From Vicugna vicugna (lineage: Eukaryota): 56,182 bases of DNA. Location of the stretch: NCBI GenBank assembly GCA_013265495.1, contig MU061579.1:3975749-4031930 (forward strand), written 5' to 3'. Shown piece after piece: positions 1 to 12,419 of this stretch (position 1 is its first letter; every line of letters starts with the position of its first letter). A model generated the notes under the pieces. It ran no database searches. It was given only the letters and a program-made list of their open reading frames with translations, and was not told the origin of the DNA. A program made the translations under genes and the position numbers.

Positions 1-399
1 TGAAAAAATTAAACTTTCTTTTTTTTATTCTCTCCAATGCCTCAATCTCAAAATAAAAATTTGTTTTCCTCACTCCACATTTTTTCTCCATTTTGTTTAC
101 TTTATTATAACCTCCACATTTTTCTCCATACTGCACTTCTAACACAGGAGCTGTCAGGGTTTTATTTATTTGCAAAATATTCTTTTAGAATATTGAAATG
201 TCTAAGGATTCTACTGAAGGCTGTGAGTATTCACAAGACTATGAAATGCTTAGAAAAGAAACTTATGTATTAAATTATTAATAGGTACATATCACACCTT
301 AATAGAATATAATGTATAATTTTAAAATCCTTCCCAAATAGAAAAACCTTGAGTGTGTGTGTGTATAGCAATAAAAGTAGGTACTTGCTACATACAACT

Positions 400-725
400 A
401 TTTTTAGTGAAAGAAGAAATTTTAGGTTTGGATAAATAGAAAAGGAAGGGAAAGCTAAAAATTATGAAGATGTCAATTCTCCACAATTAAATTTATAGTT
501 TTGATACACACAAGATTAATATTCCAACAAATCTGTTCTTGAATTTGTCAAAAACTTTCAAATGTTTATCTTTAAGAAGAAAATAACTGAGAGCATAAAG
601 GGAAGTTCAGGAATGTTCAGGAGGAAAAGAGCCCTATGTCGTACTATAAATTTGAAATTACATTTTAAAGTTAAAAGAATAATAAGCAGTGTGATAATCA
701 GAAAGGATAATGATTGTTGATTAAT
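400..725 (+). mobile_element. Old, degraded L1 (L1M-type) ORF2 fragment
   Basis: 'atgaagatgtcaattctccacaattaaatttatag...' resembles the post-RT ORF2 segment (KMSILPKLIYKF...KTVWYW). Many stops and frameshifts; boundaries approximate. Confidence 0.55.
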
Positions 726-783
726 AATTAAAGGATAATTATTATTGACTAATACATTAAAATTGAAAAACAAAAATGCTTTA

Positions 784-1712
784 AGACCTAAACAAGCAAT
801 TCTCCAAGGAAGACATACAAATGATCAATAGGCACATGAAAAAATGCTCCGTATCACTAATTATCAGAGAAATGCAATTCAAAACTACAATAAGGTGTCA
901 CCTCACACCAGTCATAATGGCCATCATTCAAAAGTCCACAAATGACAAATGCTGGAGAGGCTGTGGAGAAAAGGGATCCCTCCTACACTGCTGGTGGAAA
1001 TGCAGTTTGGTACAGCCACTGTGGAAAACAGCATGGAGATTCCTCAAAAGACTAGGAATAGACTTAATCTTATGACCCAGGAATCCCGCTCCTGGGCTTA
1101 TATCCAGAAGGAACCCTACTTCAGAAAGACACCTACACCCCAATGTTCATAGCAGCACTATTTACAATAGCCAAAACATGGAAACAGCCTAAATGTCCAT
1201 CAACAGGTGACTGGATAAAGAAGAGGTGGTATATTTATACAATGGAATACTACTCAGCCATAAAAACCGACAACATAATGCCATCTGCAGCAACATGGAT
1301 GCTCCTGGAGAATGTCATTCTAAGTGAAGTAAGCCAGAAAGAGAAAGAAAAATACCATATGAGATTTGCTCATATGTGGAATCTAAAAAAAACAAAAAAC
1401 AAAAACCATAAATACAAAACAGAAACAGACTTATAGACATAGAATACAAACTTGTGTTTGCCAAGGGGGTGGGGGTGGGAAGGGATAAACTGTGAGTTCA
1501 AAATTTGTAGATATTGACAGGCATATGTATAATAGGTAAACAAGATTATACTGTATAGCACAGGGAAGTATATACAAGATCTTGTGGTGGCTCACAGCAA
1601 AAAAAAATGTGACAATGAATATATGTATGTTCATATATAACTGAAAACTTGTGCTCTACAGTGGAATTTGACACACCATTGTAAAATGACTGTAACTCAA
1701 TAAAAATGTTTA
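784..1712 (+). mobile_element. Young 5'-truncated L1 (camelid-type): ORF2 C-terminus + 3'UTR, 12-bp TSD
   Basis: ORFs 821-1075 ([20 protein letters not shown] zinc knuckle) and 1143-1436 ([20 protein letters not shown]) are L1 ORF2. AATAAA at ~1699. TSD AAAAATGCTTTA at 772-783 and 1713-1724. Confidence 0.95.
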
Positions 1713-1869
1713 AAAAATGCTTTATGTAAGGAAAAAACTGAGGCTTTGTTAAATAAAAATTATACATTCTGATAAAGTGATGGATCAATTAATTCCTAAA
1801 CAGTCAATTATCTTTTTTGCAAGGGGAGAGACTAACTTTCAGATAGGTATACCCATAGCAAAGTTATCA

Positions 1870-2020
1870 GTAACTTCTCCTAGACCTCTGTCTTGATGAC
1901 TGCAAGGCATCTTAGAATCAACCTATCAAAATCCATTGTCTGTTTATACAAGCTTTTTCTTTAATGTTCCCTGTCGGAGGTAATATCATCATAATCCTTC
2001 AAGTTGCTCAAACCAAAAAA
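1870..2020 (+). mobile_element. L2 LINE fragment
   Basis: 'aggcatcttagaatcaacctatcaaaa...atccttcaagttgctcaaacc' resembles the 3' part of L2 ORF2. Confidence 0.5.
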
Positions 2021-2594
2021 TGTTTTTATGATTGACCAGTGTAGTTTTTCTATGTAGATTTATTTTACTTTAAAAGTTATTCCCCATATGTCTATCAATG
2101 AAAATTCTGCATATGTAGTGCAATTCGAAGGATGAAGTGATCAAAATGTTTTGTTGATTGACAACATAAGTGGTCCTTTCTGATTATACTTAAAGATAGC
2201 ATTCCTTGTCAGCTGTATGTGACTAGTAGATTCAAAACTGTCCACAAAAATTCATAAAGTTTCTTAGATATTTTCTAGGGAATTTCACCAGATAATAATA
2301 GAGTTGATGGTATCATACTACTTTATTCCCTATTAAAGAATTTTATCCAGTAAATCTACTTGCATTCAACCTATTTTATGAGTAGGTTGAATTTCTTTAT
2401 CTTCAGAGAAATTAGTCCATACAAAAATAGACATTAACATCAGTTAATATGTTACCGTAAACAGTTTTGCATATGTATATTTTATTTCTTTCAATAAGAT
2501 TAAAATGTAAGGTATTTCATTGTTCCCACTACATCTCTCATATAGGTCACAGGCCCAGATTTAGATTCAGTGCTTTGAAAGTTAAAAAATATTA

Positions 2595-2750
2595 GGAATA
2601 TTGAATGCCTATTATGTGTTAGACTGACATATTTCATGTCATTTAAATTTCTTAACAACTCTAGAAAGTAAAAGTTCCTTTTTTGTATACATAAGGTAAT
2701 TTATTTAGTGGAATTAGGCTAAAACTTGAAATAGACTTTAAATTTAAAGT
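2595..2750 (-). mobile_element. MIR SINE fragment
   Basis: 'attgaatgcctattatgtgttagac...atttaaatttcttaacaactct' matches antisense MIR. Confidence 0.5.
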
Positions 2751-3659
2751 TTGTTTCCATTTTATAAAATACTTAAGGAAAATAAAACATTACTTTTTAT
2801 GCCATTTTAATGATAGTAAAAATATAACACCAAAACTTTAATCCAAGAGATAAGAATTTGTAATGCATGTAAAGAATATAGGTTAGATGACAGCAACTTT
2901 GGCAAATGTTGATTTCTGAAAATGGTAATTCAGTGTTTTATATAAAACCATGCTAGAAATTACAGTAGTCAGTATCCTAGGTGATGAATTTCTATGAATT
3001 TAATTAAACAGTATTACAAATTAATTATGAATACAGTTAAGCAGTATCATAGAGTTGTTGCCATTTTGATGTAGTAGAATTTGGTAAGTTTGATTTAATG
3101 AGAGATGCACTTTAAGGAAATGAACACTAAGATTTTATTATTGGATCTAACTGGCTACCTTAATGCCATGACTAAAATTTTAGGAAGACAGATAGTTCAT
3201 AAGTTGTATCAGTAATGTTTTGTGAGTTTGTTTTACAGACAAATTAAATAAATAATAAAGATCAGAGAAGAGTTGGGAGTACAGAAGAGAACTTAAGTAC
3301 TTTGTCTTAAGTAGTGCTGGCATTTATATTTATTCTTTCATTTGATATAAAAAAATCTTGATATTTATAAACATAAAATATAAGGAATATACAAATCATA
3401 AACTACATTGGATTTTACTTTTCTGTGGGTCTTTCCATCTTCCTTCTCTAAATAAAACAAGGATCCTTGTAGGTATCCCTACAGCATTTGCAAGAGGAGG
3501 CCATTCTTTTTTCCACACCTCCTATATCTCTAGTACATGTAGACGGATAGGAAGCTTCTTGGTTCCCTACTGCCCTTTCTGTTAAATGTCTCCTTTCCCT
3601 ATTTTTTTCCCCTCAAATCTCCAGCATTTTTGAAGTGTGTGTAGTCAAGATTTCATATA

Positions 3660-4000
3660 CTTCTACCTTCCCCTTAATGTCATCTAAGAATCTTCCAATT
3701 GTGTTCCGTCACTCTGATAATTTAAAAACTTGGGTCACTGTCTTCTCTACTTTTCCTCTTATCGTTCTTGTCAAATTCAAAATACAGTATATGATTACTC
3801 CAACACTAATCTCACATTCTTGACCATGCCACTTTTGAGGATAATTTCTTCCTCTCCAATCCATTCACTTATGCACAGAGTTATAGCCTATATTCTGTCA
3901 TCACAATACATGTTCTACCTCCCAGTTTATATGTAATGCTTCCCTTTTCTGATCTTGACCTCCAGTAAATCCAGCTCATCTAATATCATACTCTACTGCA
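3660..4000 (+). mobile_element. L2 LINE fragment
   Basis: Pyrimidine-rich, with L2-like motifs 'aaaacttgggtcactgtc' and 'ctccaatccattcac'. Confidence 0.4.
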
Positions 4001-4029
4001 CTCATTAACACAGTATATTTCTCTTTTTA

Positions 4030-5700
4030 TTTTGGTCTTTAGTTTCTTTCAGCAGTATTTTTTTAGCTTTCAGTATATGACTCTTTCACATATTTTATCA
4101 GGTTTATCTCTTAAGTGTTTAATAATTCTATACTATGCTAATTGGTATGTTTTGTTACTTTCTATTTCCATTTGTTTGCGGTTAGTATATAGAAATGAAA
4201 TTGATTTTGTTCTTGATATTGCATTCTACTATTGTTAACTCAAATTTTAGTTCTATTAGCTTTTTTGCAGATTTTATCAAATTTTCTATGTAGACAGCCA
4301 TGTTATCTTCAAATAAAGACATATGTACTTTTGAATTTTTTAAAACTTTGATTTTATTGCCTTATTTCACAGATAAAGCATTGGATGTTGAATAGAAGTA
4401 GGGAGAATGGACAAATTTATTGCTAATCTAAGGGGTTAAACATTCATTCTTTCAAAATATAACTAGTCACAAAATAAAATTTAATTTAGCAAAATTGCTA
4501 GTTCTCTGAGAGTTTTTTTTTATATCAGGGGTGGATGTTTGATTTCATCAAATGCTTTTTCTCTGTCAGCTGGGACTTCATACATCTTTTTCTGTTTAGT
4601 TTGTCAATATAATAAATTATACTGTTATATCCAAATGTTAAAACAGCCTGGAAAGTATGTGGCTACTGTTTCTTCAAGTAACATTTCTTTCTCCACCTTT
4701 CTCTTATCATTTGGGGACCCTAATTAGGTTAGACTGCTTAAAGTTGTCCCAGAGTTCACTCCATGTTTTTGTTTTTAACAGTTTTCTTTTCTCTCTGATT
4801 TTGGTTTGAAAAGTTTCTACTGTTACATCTTCAGTTTCTGCCATGTCTTATCTGCTATTAATCCTATCTAGTGAGTGTTTTTATTCTCTGTTTCTCTTTC
4901 TCTAATTTTATACATTGTGGTTTTTATCTCTAGAAGATTAATTCACATTTTTCTTTTGCTCTTACATATTACAACTTATTTTTTTAAATATATGAAATAC
5001 AGTCTTGTGTGTTTTTTTTGTTTGTTTGTTTTTATATTCATGGATGCTAATTATAACATCTATGTCAGTTCTAAGTTAATTTTGATTAACTTATCTTTCC
5101 ATTATAGGTCCTATTTTTTGGCTTCTTTGCATGCTTGGTAATTTGTAATTGGATATCAGACTTTTTTGAACTTTATTTTAGAATACTGAATTACTTGGAA
5201 ATAATTTAAACCTTTAAAGTCTTCATTTTAAGATTTGTTATATAGGACCAAAGAGGTTTTCAGTCTAGTCTTTCCCCACTACTGGTTTAAGGCCTTCATT
5301 AGTATTCTACCCACTACCTCATGAATCATGAGGTTTTCCAGTCCAGCTCTTGGGAGAAGACACAATTTTCACTTTTGTGTTCACTGAGGCAGTGTGACCT
5401 CTATTCCTTTTGATGCTTTTTCCCTCTGTCTTGGGTAGTTCCTTCACATGTATTTATTGGTCATTATTCACCTGAATACTTGAGAGAGACTTACTAAAAA
5501 TCTTCAGTTTACTCTTTGTGCAGCTGTTTTCTCTTCAGTATTTCTTTTTTTCTTCGGTTTTTGATTTTTGTTTTTTTTTTTTGGTAAACTAGTTTTCTCA
5601 GACTCTTGTGTTCATATCCTCAAATTACAGAGTTCTCTGAGCTCCACCAGAATTTCTCCTTCTGGAGCCATGACCTAGAATGGTTTTTAAATATATGCTT
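4030..5700 (-). mobile_element. Old L1 (L1M): RT-region fragment (~4030-4640) joined to ORF1/5' region (~4650-5700)
   Basis: 'ttttctatgtagacagccatgttatc' is the antisense RT core (..DMxVYIEN). Typical antisense ORF1 and 5'-end sequence follows. Confidence 0.75.
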
Positions 5701-5742
5701 GAAAGGAATGCTAGGGAAAGTAAGGTACAAAAGTGATGGCTT

Positions 5743-6796
5743 GATCATTTTCTTCTGTATTATCTTGTTTTCTTTTTTATTTTTGTGACTCTATTATATA
5801 CAAGGGCTTAATTTCCAGAATATATAAACAGCTCATACAACTTAATAAGAAAAACAAACAAACAACCCAGTCAAAAAATGGGCAGAAGACCTAAACAAGC
5901 AATTCTCCAATGAAGACATACAAATGGCCAATAGGCAAATGAAAAAATGCTCAGTATCACTAATTATCAGAGAAATGCAAATCAAAACTACATTAAGGTT
6001 TTACTTCACATCAGTCAGAATGGCCATNNNNNNNNNNNNNNNNNNNNNNNNNNNNNNNNNNNNNNNNNNNNNNNNNNNNNNNNNNNNNNNNNTGTTGGTG
6101 GGGTTTGGTGCAGCCATTGTGGAAAACAGTATGGAGATTCCTCAAAAAACTAAAAATAGACTTACTATGTGATCCAGCAATCCCACTCCTGAGCATATAT
6201 CCTGAGGGAAAATTTTAATTTAAAAAAATACATGTACCATAATGTTCATAGCAGCATTGTTTATAATAGCCAAGACATGGAACAAGTTAAATGTCTATTC
6301 TTAGATGGCTGGATAAAGAAACTGATATATTTATATGAAGGAATACTATTCAGCCATAAAAAATAATGAAATAGTGCCATTTGCAGCAACATGGATGGAC
6401 CTGGGGATTGCCATTCTAAGTCACATAAGCCAGAGAGAGGAAGAAAAATGCCATGTAATATCACTCATATGTGGAATCTAAAAAAAAAAAAAAAGGACAG
6501 GTGAACTTATTTACAAAATGGAAATAGACTCACTGGCATAGAAAACAATCTTATGGTTACCAGTGGAGAAAGAGGGTCGAAAGGGATAGATTGGGAGTTT
6601 CAGATTTGCAGATTCTAACTATATAAAGTAGATAAACAACAGGGTTATATTGTATAGCACAGGGAACTATATTCAATGTCTTGTGGTAACCTATACTGAA
6701 AAAGAATATGAAAAATTGTATGTGTATGTATATGTATGACAATTATTACGCCAGAATTTTACACACTGTAACTGACTATACTTCAATTAAAAAAAG
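5743..6796 (+). mobile_element. 5'-truncated L1 (cetartiodactyl-type): ORF2 C-terminus + 3'UTR, 13-bp TSD
   Basis: ORF 5924-6172 ([23 protein letters not shown]) is L1 ORF2. 3' end 'actgactatacttcaattaaaaaaa'. TSD AAAGTGATGGCTT at 5730-5742 and 6797-6809. L1 similarity is clear only from ~5800. Confidence 0.93.
6028..6092. other. Assembly gap (65 N)
   Basis: N run inside the L1. The homologous interval in the other L1 (925-988) is 64 nt, so the gap size is consistent with ordinary L1 sequence. Confidence 0.99.
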
Positions 6797-8589
6797 AAAG
6801 TGATGGCTTCATTTGAAAAGATTTTTACATGTCCTAGCTAATAAAACACTAAATATGTTACATATATGAATGAAGGAGCAGATTTTAAAAGGTTAAGTAA
6901 ATTTAATGAAGAAAAGAAAAACACATAGTGCACATTATGGCAATAGAAAAATAGAGTACTAAGGAAACACATGCTGAATGAATTTAATCAGGAGAACCCA
7001 CTTTAAAAAACAAAGCAATAAACAACCAAGCAAAAAGATCACTTGAAAATACATTAGACACTTTCTTCCAAAATTGATGCATGTTAGTGTTTGTACTAAT
7101 ATGACATGTCTATGAGGTTTTTAATGTTCATTGTTTGTTTTTCTCCTAAAATATGATTCCTATTGTGGAAATTAATATTAATCTAAATTTTCTTCTTCCC
7201 CTATGTCAGTGAATGAAGAAGAATAACAACTGTCGTACAATCATCAAAAAATATTCTGTAATGAAATAGGAATAAATGATAGATATGGTCTATCTCCAGT
7301 AGGACTTTGTTGGTAATTCATTTTCCACAAGCCTCCAGGTGCTACTGCTCCTTTTAATAGACTCTCTACTGCCTTCTCTGTAGTGTGTTTTGAACTAACA
7401 CACTGACACAGAGGAATAATGCTAAGGGGGGAAATAGGACAACTCAGGCCTTAGTGAATGATTCAAAGAATGATTGAAACATTTTTCTTTCTAGGATAGA
7501 AATGAGTTTTGTTTTTCAGTTCCACATTTTTATTATCATAAATAAGGCTTGTGTTTTCTGTGAAAGAATTTGTCTTATTCTTAAAAATACTCATTGAAAG
7601 TATATAGGAAAGCAGAGGAGCTATAGTAATCGTATTGGAAAAAAATACAATGAAAATGACATATGTTCCTTTAGTAGATATCTGATCCCTGAGAGTATCA
7701 TTCATACCATCCTGCAGAAAACCCACCATCCTCATAAATCTTTCCTGTATAAGGGACTGTTCAGCTTCTTTTACTATATATAACAGAGTTGTTAAATTGC
7801 TTCTCATTACTTCTTAGTCCTTAGAGATGATAAGTATGTGGAGTTAATGGTTTTATACAAATGCTTTATTGTTTTCTAAGTCAGGTCAAAATAATGTTTG
7901 CTTCTACTCTTTGGTTCAATGCCCCTGCTTTTCAAAAAAAAAAAAACTTCTTTGTCCTTCTCTTGGGTTTCATGCTGTCCTCACGTCAAATATTGGCATT
8001 TGGCTCTTTATAATCTCATATACTGAATGACTGACAAATACTTTATAATATCAGGAAATATTAAGGTTTATAAGCCAGTTTTGGGTTGGGAAAAATTACA
8101 ATGTGATGTGGCAAAAGGGAAATAAATAAATATAGAAAAGAGAAAACCTGGCAGGATTGTATGATAGAATTTGATGTGGGGACAGTGAGGATGGAACACA
8201 GTGATATTAGGGGGAAAAAGGAGACAAAAAATAAAATAATGAAACTTTTCAAGGAGGGGGCAGGGCCAGGAGGAATAAGGCATTTGAAATATAATTTGAG
8301 TTTTGAGGTGAATTGGAAATTTAAAAATTTTCCAAGTAAGTAGTGTAAGTAGATGAAAAGTTTGAGATACTGAGAAATTATTTTCCCTTTCAGAAGAAGG
8401 ATTCAAACTCCACTCTGGTTAATTTGAGGGAATAAACAATGGCAAGAAGCAAACAATGGCAAGAAAATAGTCATCAGTTTTCCAGGGAGAGTTGAATGTG
8501 TCAAGTTCAAGAATTTTCAGAGAACTTTTCTGTCAAGCAATAAAATGTGAGTTTTTAAAGTCAAGTAGGCAAGAATAACTGAATACTTC

Positions 8590-10530
8590 CTTTTTTATTC
8601 ATTTGTTTATTCACTTAATGAACAAGTACTGTTTATTAGACACTGCACAAAGTGTGATGACAGAATGATAGAAAGATAAATACAATCCCTGGACAGTTGA
8701 GTGATGATGGTATATCAGATCCTAGAGGAAGCAATGTTGGTGATGAAAAGAGGAATGAATGTGGATACATACTGAAAATTGAGTAGATATGCTCTCCTGA
8801 TGAATTTGGATTCATGATGTAAATGAATAGGATCATGGATGACACCAAGAATTTTTACCTACACAGCAAGATATAGTTGTCTTCAGCTGAAGTCAATAAT
8901 TTAGTTTCTGGCATGTTAAGATATATTTAGATGTATGTCAATATATATCCAATACATGTTCAATATATCCAAGATATATTAAGTTATATTTGAGATATTT
9001 TATAGAATATGTTGAGTAGGCAGCGGGGCCTAAAAGATTAGATTCAGGAAGAGCTAATTAGTCTGGAGAGAGAAAATTGCAAATCTTTGACATGTAGAGA
9101 GAGTATTTAAATCTATGGGAATAGATCAGATCAGCAAGAGAGAGAAAATTTAGAGAAGAGATACAAGGACTAATTCCTATGGCATTCTAAACTAAGAAGT
9201 TGAGGAGAAGAGATACAGATAAAGTAGATGGAGGAGGAGAAACTAGAGTGACAGAAGGGAGAAAGATAACAAGAGTATGTTGCTTTGGAAGCCTAGTGAA
9301 GGAAGTTTATAAAGCAAGAGGGAGTGATTAATTGGCAGTGTCAAATGCTGATGAGTTAAATGAGATAAAGACTAAAAAGTAATATTAAAAGGATACATGT
9401 TAAGGGATAGAGAACAGTGCAATAATGGTGACATAAACATACTGAATATCCCAATCTTAGCAGACTGTTGGCCTTGGGGTACCAAGGGAGTGAGATGAAG
9501 GAAGTGATTAGGAAGTAGGATAGATGACCCCGACATTTAAGATGGCTACAGTGGTGTGTTATTCAAGTTATAGTTTGATTGTAGTAACAGATTGTTTAAT
9601 TTTCAGGCATTTTTATGGTTGTAAAACCATTAGTACTTTAAAATCAGACTTAAATGGGGAGTTTGTATGACCAAAATAAGCAAATTGTACAAATCTGGGT
9701 TTTTTTTCCCCTGTCTCCCAAAGCAGGTTTACCAACATATCATGAATATTTGCACATAATTATTATTGCAGTGTCTGTGATATAATTATTAGAATGAGTG
9801 CTAGAGTAAGCTGAGAGCTAAGCTAATAAGAGGAAATGAGCTCAAATCATTGAGAATCCAATGTAATGAAAGTACCATCAGTATATTTTTCTTCATATGT
9901 ATGTCAAAATAATAAAAAGTCAAGACAGCACTGGAGAGAGTAGCCATGAAGTGGAAACTAAAAACAAGTAGAAATGATGGGGTATGAATATTCAGTTGTC
10001 AGATAATAGCATTGAGGAATAGTGTGTAAATATACCTGTGTGATATTTGATACAAAGCTGTGGGTGTTTAGAATAAGAGAAGGAGAATGGTCTAAAAGTG
10101 GCAATGGGGAAAGGCATCCAGGTGTTCCCTGTCCAGGCTCTGTAGTAAGAGAACTGTGTGAGGAAAAATAACCATCACTATGTGGGAAGCAGAGTTTGTG
10201 GTGGGAAGCTAGATTTTTATTAGAGCATGAATATGAAGGGAAAATTCAGAGGAAAAGATCAGGATATAGGAGACTATTTTGATAAAGTGTATTTCAAGAG
10301 TGTCATGAAAGATTTTGACAAATTAGAAAATTATGCATGTCTAGTGCTCATTATAATAATTATACCATAGGCACTACAGTGATAATTACATACAGATATT
10401 GAGGGGATCACAGAGACATGCATGTAAGATTGAGAGACATGGTGGTTAATCTGGGAGACTGAGACCAATATAAAGAGAAATACAGGACACAGTAAGATTA
10501 GTTGTAGTGAGTTCAAGACAGGTAGGATGG
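8590..10530 (-). mobile_element. L2 LINE (fragmented)
   Basis: Starts with an antisense L2 tail 'ttattcatttgtttattcacttaatgaac', followed by GA-rich antisense L2 ORF2 motifs ('ggatgacaccaag', 'tgttgagtaggcag', 'gtgtcaaatgctg'). Confidence 0.75.
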
Positions 10531-10539
10531 TGAAGTTGT

Positions 10540-11848
10540 GTAGAGTGGCAGCAGTGGCAGGCTTCCTCTTCATCTTTGATGGTGAAATTACAAGATTTGG
10601 AAGGCATAATCTTAGGCCAGTGTACAGGTCCACTCTGACTTTTTGGAGAATTGAGACTTCTGGGAACCAGTGTGTTATACTGTAAGCTCCTCTCTGACTT
10701 TTTGGAGAATTGAGACTTCTGGGAACCAGTGTGTTATACTGTAAGCTCCTCCACCTATTTTCATTGGTGATGTGGGAAGAAGGCCTAAAGGAAGTATGAC
10801 CTTTAGTCCCAGAGCCCAAGCCCACATTTGACCTCTGAGACTGAGGCTCTTTCAAACTAACTATTTTCTAAATATGGAAATGGGAATTGGTTTTTAAACT
10901 TGTGAAGATTTTATTTTATTCTTCATAAGTATAATAATGTAGCTGTCCAGGTATAGATCAAAGATAGTCATTGATGTGCAGGTGGCAATGGTTCAGAATT
11001 TAAACTGCCCACTTATCCTCTTGTGGATGAAATGCATGTATTCAGGGTCCATTCAATACCTTCTTTTGTTTGGTTGGTTTTTTGCTGTGCAGAGGTGAAG
11101 GAAGGAAGCATATTTTGACCTGGGATTAGGATTTCATTACTTGCCAGTCAAATCTGCAATACCATGAGGATACAGTGCAAGTAAGCAGTAAGAACTTGGC
11201 ATAAGGAGCCTAAGATTCTTCTAGGAAGAGAGGAACCTGATACCCTAGGTACTTTCTGAGTCTCAAGTCAAGGAGGCAGGGTGGCATGAGATTGCCCTAT
11301 CCTGTATCTCATGGTAGAGAAGAAAAGATAAAATAACTTGAAGGGAAGTGAAATCTGGGTTGATGTCACGGTTTCAGGTAAATAAGGCATGAAGCTTCTT
11401 GGTAAGTCCTGAAACCATTAGTTTACTATGTATAGGTGGAAGGTTCTTGGGACCCAGATTTCATTTTACAGTGTGATGTGCTGTGCTCTAACGGAACTGT
11501 AACTTAAGGACCTGAGTGTGTCACACCACACAGAACTGGGCTTGGGATGGTTGCTGAGTGGATAGACACCCCTAGAATTGTACGAGCCCATGACAGACGC
11601 AGAGTCCACAGAAGAGGGCTTGTATCCCTCTTGCTGGGTAACATTTCTCCTCCAGATGACAGACAGACCTTCCTTGCTCCCAGATATTTTGGTGTAAATG
11701 AGTCTGGATTTCCTGGATAATTCAAGAATATTTTTTTAGAAGAGAATTTTAATAACATTTTTTGGACTCCTGTGACTAAAAACATGATTGAAAGAGAGGT
11801 TACTATGTTCTATTATGATTTCATAGGGCAGTTCATACTAGAGTTACA
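10540..11848. mobile_element. Possible ancient LTR element (family not identified)
   Basis: GC-richer block ending in an LTR-like '...agagttaca'. TGTAACT at 11498-11504 is the reverse complement of AGTTACA at 11842-11848. No TSD found. Confidence 0.3.
10633..10750. repeat. Perfect 59-bp tandem duplication
   Basis: ctctgactttttggagaattgagacttctgggaaccagtgtgttatactgtaagctcct at 10633-10691 and 10692-10750. Confidence 0.98.
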
Positions 11849-12419
11849 TTCTTAAAAGTTCGTCAGTTTATTATTTTAAAATGTATGCTTAATTACTTGT
11901 ATATTTTATTTTTCTACTTGCAAAATGTCCATTGGTTATTCAACTTTGGGTCTTTACTACCTAACACAGTGGCAAATACCTACAATGCCATTAATTAAAA
12001 TTTGTTGAATGGGTTCAAAGATTATAGCTATCTTGATTCTCACTTACATTCAGCCGCTGGTGTCCAGATATAGCACTGTTACAGAGAACCAGCTCTAAGG
12101 TATTTAAAGAAGAAACCACATGCTGAGTTAGAATTAGCCTTTTCAAGCCATTAATTCATAATTGAATTCATAAATTAATAAGTACATGGATTTTTAAGTT
12201 TATAGAAACATAAACAAACATTTTAATTCTGTTATAACCTATAACTTGGTGCTCTAACTTGAAAACAATTAATAGATTTATGCCCAGCAGGTAGGCAATA
12301 TATATTATTAGAAATTTCATGAATATATGCTTCTGAATTCTTCAAGTATTATATTAATAGTTAAATGGATTATTTAAGCTTCTGATAAAATAATGAGATT
12401 TATGACTGTTCAAAGTGAA

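Noticed and set aside
6028..6092. N gap hiding a novel insertion
   Set aside because: The gap length (65) nearly equals the homologous L1 interval at 925-988 (64 nt).
10331..10855. Longest ORF (174 aa, minus strand)
   Set aside because: Starts at TTG rather than ATG, has no recognisable domain, and runs across L2/LTR-like DNA and the 59-bp duplication; most likely a chance ORF.
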